Shown one piece after another: positions 60,396-64,000 of a stretch of 64,000 nucleotides of DNA (positions are counted from its first letter, which is position 1; each line of letters starts with the position of its first letter). Position numbers and translations under genes: made by a program. The notes under the pieces are model-generated. The model did not search any database, was not told the origin of the DNA, and saw only the letters and a program-made list of their open reading frames with translations. Source of the stretch: Flavobacteriales bacterium (GTDB taxonomy: Bacteria > Bacteroidota > Bacteroidia > Flavobacteriales_F > PHOS-HE28). The stretch covers positions 945,892 through 1,009,891 of the forward strand of contig JADJAA010000002.1 of NCBI GenBank assembly GCA_016704485.1, in the 5' to 3' direction.

Positions 60396-62371
60396 ATCTT
60401 TCCAAACTCTTGATCGGTGCCGTTATCGGTGCCAACACAATGCTTCCTTCACCGGCCAATGCCCAGCATGACCATCTGAAGAACTACGATTGGGACCCCG
60501 CGCCAACCCTGCCGGACACCACCGGCTTCGGGTCCTCCAACGAAGTGATCCTGTTGCGCAACAACATCCAACAGTTCGAGGATCAAGGAGAACTGATCTA
60601 CTTCTATGATGTGTTCCATTACCAGAAATACTTGGGTGATGATGCGGCTGTGGACCAGAATAAGACCTTGGACATCAATACAGGATCCATCTTCGACATG
60701 TACACCTTGAAAGCAAGGTCCATAGCACCGGACGGTACGGTTACCGAACTCCCCAAAAGCGCCTTTTTAGAGCGTGCGGATGACAACGAAAAAGGCAAAG
60801 GCACCTATTTCGCGTTCGAAGGGTTGCGACCGGGCAGCGTGGTTGAATACCTGATGTTCTCCAAACAGACCTGCGAATACAGGGGTGCTGTTACGCGACT
60901 CCAGTTCAGTTTGCCCATCAAAAAGGAAACCTATGAAATGCTGGTGCCCGATTCCTGGCGTTACCAATTCAAAGGATATAACGGCCTTCCCGAACCTACC
61001 GCGGACTCAACCCTTGCCGGCCATCTGCTGCATAAATTGGAGTTAACGGATGTCGCGGCATTGGAAAGTGAAAGTAACGCGGACACCGAAAAATACCGGA
61101 TGTATCTAGTGCATAAGCTGGATGCTATCCCCAGTCTGAACGCACTGCACATCAGCGACTACAATGGCGCAACCAAGATCTACCACGATGCGCTTTACCC
61201 GGATCTCGGTGCCAAGACCAAGAAGGAACTCGCTGGTCTGGTCAAAAAGATAGGAATAGGGTTCGCGCGTGATGAAGCGGATCGTTTGCGAACCATTGAC
61301 CGGTATATACACGGCAACTTCCAGTATGCAGAGAGCGGCGCTGCGGAGCTTTCGGACCTGGACGCGATCATGAAGACCAGAACGTGTAATGAATTCGGGA
61401 TGCAGCGACTCTACGCCAACGTTTTTCGTGAGGCCGGGATCGAACATCAAGTGGTGCTTACGAACGATCGTACCCTAACACCCTTCGATCCGGAATTCGA
61501 ATCCCGGAATTACCTGCAGAACGTGGTCTTCTACTTTCCAGGACCGGATAAATACCTCGACCCAACGGAATTCGGTCTGGGCCTTGGCTACCTGGCGCCA
61601 GAATACATGGGCAACCACGGTCTGTTCATCAAGAACAAAGAATTGGGTGGCGCCTTTGTTGGCATCGGCAAAGTGAGCTTCATCCCCGACCTTCCAGCGG
61701 AAGACACGCGGCACGACCTGTTGATCACTATCAATCCTAGTGTTGATGCCACCGAAGCTGATGTTGTCGTGAAGAACGAGTTAACAGGTTACTACGCGCG
61801 CTACATCCAGGAATTCTATTCACTCATGAATGAAGAGCAGCAAAAGGACATTCTTCAAGGGCACATGGGGCATCTGACCGAGGGGGCCATCAAACAAGAC
61901 CTTCAAGTTGAAAACGCCAAAGCGGATCAGTTCGGTATGAAGCCCTTCACCATCAACGCCAAAGTGACCACCAATAAATTCACCAACCAAGCCGGGAATG
62001 AAGTGCTGCTGCGTGTAGGTGAACTCATTGGCCCGCAGATGGAACTCTACGCTGAAAAAGAACGCAAGCTACCGAGCGACTCCCCCTTCAACCGGTATTA
62101 TGACCGTAAGATCATTGTAGAATTACCCGATGGCTGGACCTGTGCGGACCTATCACCGATGGAGGTCCATAAGGTGATGGAGATCGACGGCAAGCTCGAA
62201 GCCGAGTTCCGATCCAGTGCAACCCAGAATGATGGCATCATTACGATCGAGATCGTGGAGTACTACCGCACCACGCACGTACCGGTGGAATATTACGAGG
62301 CCTATCGCGGGGTGATCAATGGTGCCGCTGATTTCAATAAGCGCAACTTGCTGCTGAAGCCTGCAGGTTAG
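60392..62371 (+). CDS. Secreted transglutaminase-like (DUF3857-type) paralog
   Basis: Signal peptide. Candidate Cys core RTCNEFGMQRLYANVFREAGIEHQVV. ATG overlaps the upstream stop (ATGA). Confidence 0.55.
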   Translation: MNLSKLLIGAVIGANTMLPSPANAQHDHLKNYDWDPAPTLPDTTGFGSSNEVILLRNNIQQFEDQGELIYFYDVFHYQKYLGDDAAVDQNKTLDINTGSIFDMYTLKARSIAPDGTVTELPKSAFLERADDNEKGKGTYFAFEGLRPGSVVEYLMFSKQTCEYRGAVTRLQFSLPIKKETYEMLVPDSWRYQFKGYNGLPEPTADSTLAGHLLHKLELTDVAALESESNADTEKYRMYLVHKLDAIPSLNALHISDYNGATKIYHDALYPDLGAKTKKELAGLVKKIGIGFARDEADRLRTIDRYIHGNFQYAESGAAELSDLDAIMKTRTCNEFGMQRLYANVFREAGIEHQVVLTNDRTLTPFDPEFESRNYLQNVVFYFPGPDKYLDPTEFGLGLGYLAPEYMGNHGLFIKNKELGGAFVGIGKVSFIPDLPAEDTRHDLLITINPSVDATEADVVVKNELTGYYARYIQEFYSLMNEEQQKDILQGHMGHLTEGAIKQDLQVENAKADQFGMKPFTINAKVTTNKFTNQAGNEVLLRVGELIGPQMELYAEKERKLPSDSPFNRYYDRKIIVELPDGWTCADLSPMEVHKVMEIDGKLEAEFRSSATQNDGIITIEIVEYYRTTHVPVEYYEAYRGVINGAADFNKRNLLLKPAG

Positions 62372-62568
62372 TTCGTAACCTCACTTGTTCCTGGATCGCC
62401 AGTGCCTCCATTATCTGTTGGCCTCGTGAACAAAGCCAACGAGTCACTAGTATAGTGAACGGTTGAAATACCTCGTGATCTGAACACACGATCTCCTGTT
62501 CGATCATTGTGGTAGTCGCGATCTTGTTGACCCAGTTTCTGTCGACATTCGATGGGAAATCTATCAGC

Positions 62569-63399
62569 ATGTTCAACTTCAAATTCTTTCCTGCACTTTT
62601 ATTGATCGGTTCTTCTGTTCAAATGAACGCGCAAGTTGCGGATGCCGGACCTGACCAAGAACTCTGTCTAGATCATACCACCTTACAGGCAAATGCGCTG
62701 ATGCCGGATGTTACCGGCTATTGGACCTTGTTGAGCGGTAATGTAACGATCGCGGATGATTCAGATCCGACGAGTCAGCTAACCAACATCTATGTAGGGG
62801 CAAACACGCTTTCATGGACGATCATCAATGGTACAGATACTACAACCGATGAAGTAAGCATAATTCGATATGAATTTGATCCGGCTATCGCAGATGCAGG
62901 GTCGGACCAGACCATTTTTACCCCCCTATCAACAGCTGTAATGCAAGCCGCAACTCCATGGTTCCCACAAGTCTGTTCATGGACCGTTGTTTCCGGAACC
63001 GGGATCATAACCAATGTGAATGACCCGCAGACCAGTGTGAGTTCACTGGGCGTTGGAGAAAATATTTTCCAATGGACTTGTGATGATGGTGAGTGCAGTG
63101 TACCGGGCAATTTAGACCAAGTTACGATCTGGGTAGAAACGGCCATGTCGGTAAGTACTATTGAGTTTTCACAACCCACATCAATTTGGTATGATCAAAC
63201 TACAGGTCTGTTGCAAGTTAACAGTGACGTTGGTATTGATGACCTAACGCTTTTCGATGGATCGGGAAGACGCATTCAACTGCCAGACCAAACGAACGGA
63301 AGGCCAATGAACATTGGGAGTCTTCCTTCTGGCACCTATGTGGTGATCGCGAATATCGATGGCGCTTTACAAACCCAGCGTTTCATAGTAAGCCGCTGA
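62569..63399 (+). CDS. T9SS-sorted protein with two PKD-like repeats
   Basis: Signal peptide. Two ~85-aa repeats, each starting ADAG(P/S)DQ. C-terminal T9SS sorting domain (LPSGTYVVIANIDGALQTQRFIVSR). Confidence 0.6.
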   Translation: MFNFKFFPALLLIGSSVQMNAQVADAGPDQELCLDHTTLQANALMPDVTGYWTLLSGNVTIADDSDPTSQLTNIYVGANTLSWTIINGTDTTTDEVSIIRYEFDPAIADAGSDQTIFTPLSTAVMQAATPWFPQVCSWTVVSGTGIITNVNDPQTSVSSLGVGENIFQWTCDDGECSVPGNLDQVTIWVETAMSVSTIEFSQPTSIWYDQTTGLLQVNSDVGIDDLTLFDGSGRRIQLPDQTNGRPMNIGSLPSGTYVVIANIDGALQTQRFIVSR

Positions 63400-63461
63400 G
63401 AAATTCTCGCAAATATCTTATCCACTTCCGCGCACGGACGTTGTAAGGAGCGTGATCAACA

Positions 63462-64000
63462 AGTGCCAGCATGATCGCCGCAAAACATTTGCACTTCCGC
63501 CGGATCCAACACTTCTTATTGAGCATTGGGCCGTGGCCCTTTTTGCTGATCGGGGTGGTCGATCGTGCTTTCTTGATCGGCCTTTTCGGTGGTCAATACG
63601 TGAGTACCGATGATGCCATAATGTGGGCCGGTGCGGTGGACTATGCATACGGTATCTTTCATTGGCCATATTACTATGGTCAGGATTACGGCCCTATGTT
63701 GGAAGCCTTGGTGGCTGCACCGTTCGTGAGACTTGGCGTTCCGCTGCGTTGGGCAATGCCGGCGGTGTCTTCTTGCTTGGCCTTGCTTCCCTATTGGTCG
63801 TTTGCTCTTTGGAACCATAAGCATGGGAGGGTATGGGCAGCGTTGGCATTCGCGCTAACTCCGCTGCTCCTTCCGGTGGAATTCGGAATGATCACCACCA
63901 TACCACGCGGTTTCGTAACAGGACTTGCACCCTTGGCTTTTCTTCCGTGGATATACGGTCTGACCCACACGTGGATAAGGTCACTGCTCACTGGTTCCAT
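63462..64000 (+). CDS. Polytopic membrane protein, 5' partial (possible GT-C/ArnT-like glycosyltransferase)
   Basis: Open frame from the ATG at 63462 to the window end with no stop. Several TM helices. YYGQDYGPMLEALVAAPF loop. Not in the ORF track because it runs off the window. Confidence 0.4.

Overview
This is a 64-kb chromosomal window from a Bacteroidota-type genome, at roughly 50% GC. The phylum call rests on T9SS C-terminal sorting domains, a BamD-like TPR lipoprotein and mostly SD-less gene starts. Most of the window is housekeeping: uvrB, aroE, fabG, sucD, mnmE, an IscS-like cysteine desulfurase, a GlmM-family mutase, a type-II NADH dehydrogenase and an MFS transporter. Several accessory patches sit between these. 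(1) A sulfur-related neighbourhood: phosphosulfolactate synthase (ComA) translationally coupled to a TPR protein and followed by a rhodanese, near a serine-palmitoyltransferase-like alpha-oxoamine synthase and a cysteine desulfurase. This suggests a sulfonolipid (capnine-type) precursor route. (2) Two tandem T9SS-secreted S1 serine proteases that look lysyl-endopeptidase-like. (3) Two near-identical IS5-family elements of about 898 bp. One has a frameshifted transposase. The other is nested inside an IS1595-like zinc-finger transposase element that appears to have split an outer-membrane beta-barrel gene. (4) A low-GC islet of about 1.7 kb, flanked by the first IS copy and by a duplicated 3' fragment of the ydcF-like gene found at 40.6 kb. 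It carries an ACP-like/2-TM protein that lacks the carrier serine, and a hicAB module with a frameshifted hicA. (5) A stress-type neighbourhood: two DUF1328 paralogs, Dps, a CHASE3 histidine kinase with a sigma54-type response regulator and an orphan REC, YtxH, a holin-X-like protein, YihY and beta-barrel OMPs. (6) A tightly overlapped operon of four secreted proteins: TPR, a 1123-aa MORN-variant repeat protein and two transglutaminase-like DUF3857-type proteins. A T9SS protein with two PKD-like repeats follows it. I consider (6) and the ComA neighbourhood the best candidates for an undescribed system. Also present are REP-like palindromic repeats at 10.6 kb and 44.3 kb, and two ORF-free stretches of 0.9 and 1.9 kb. 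I found no rRNA, tRNA or CRISPR array. Coordinates I derived by hand, as opposed to those from the ORF track, may be off by a few bases.
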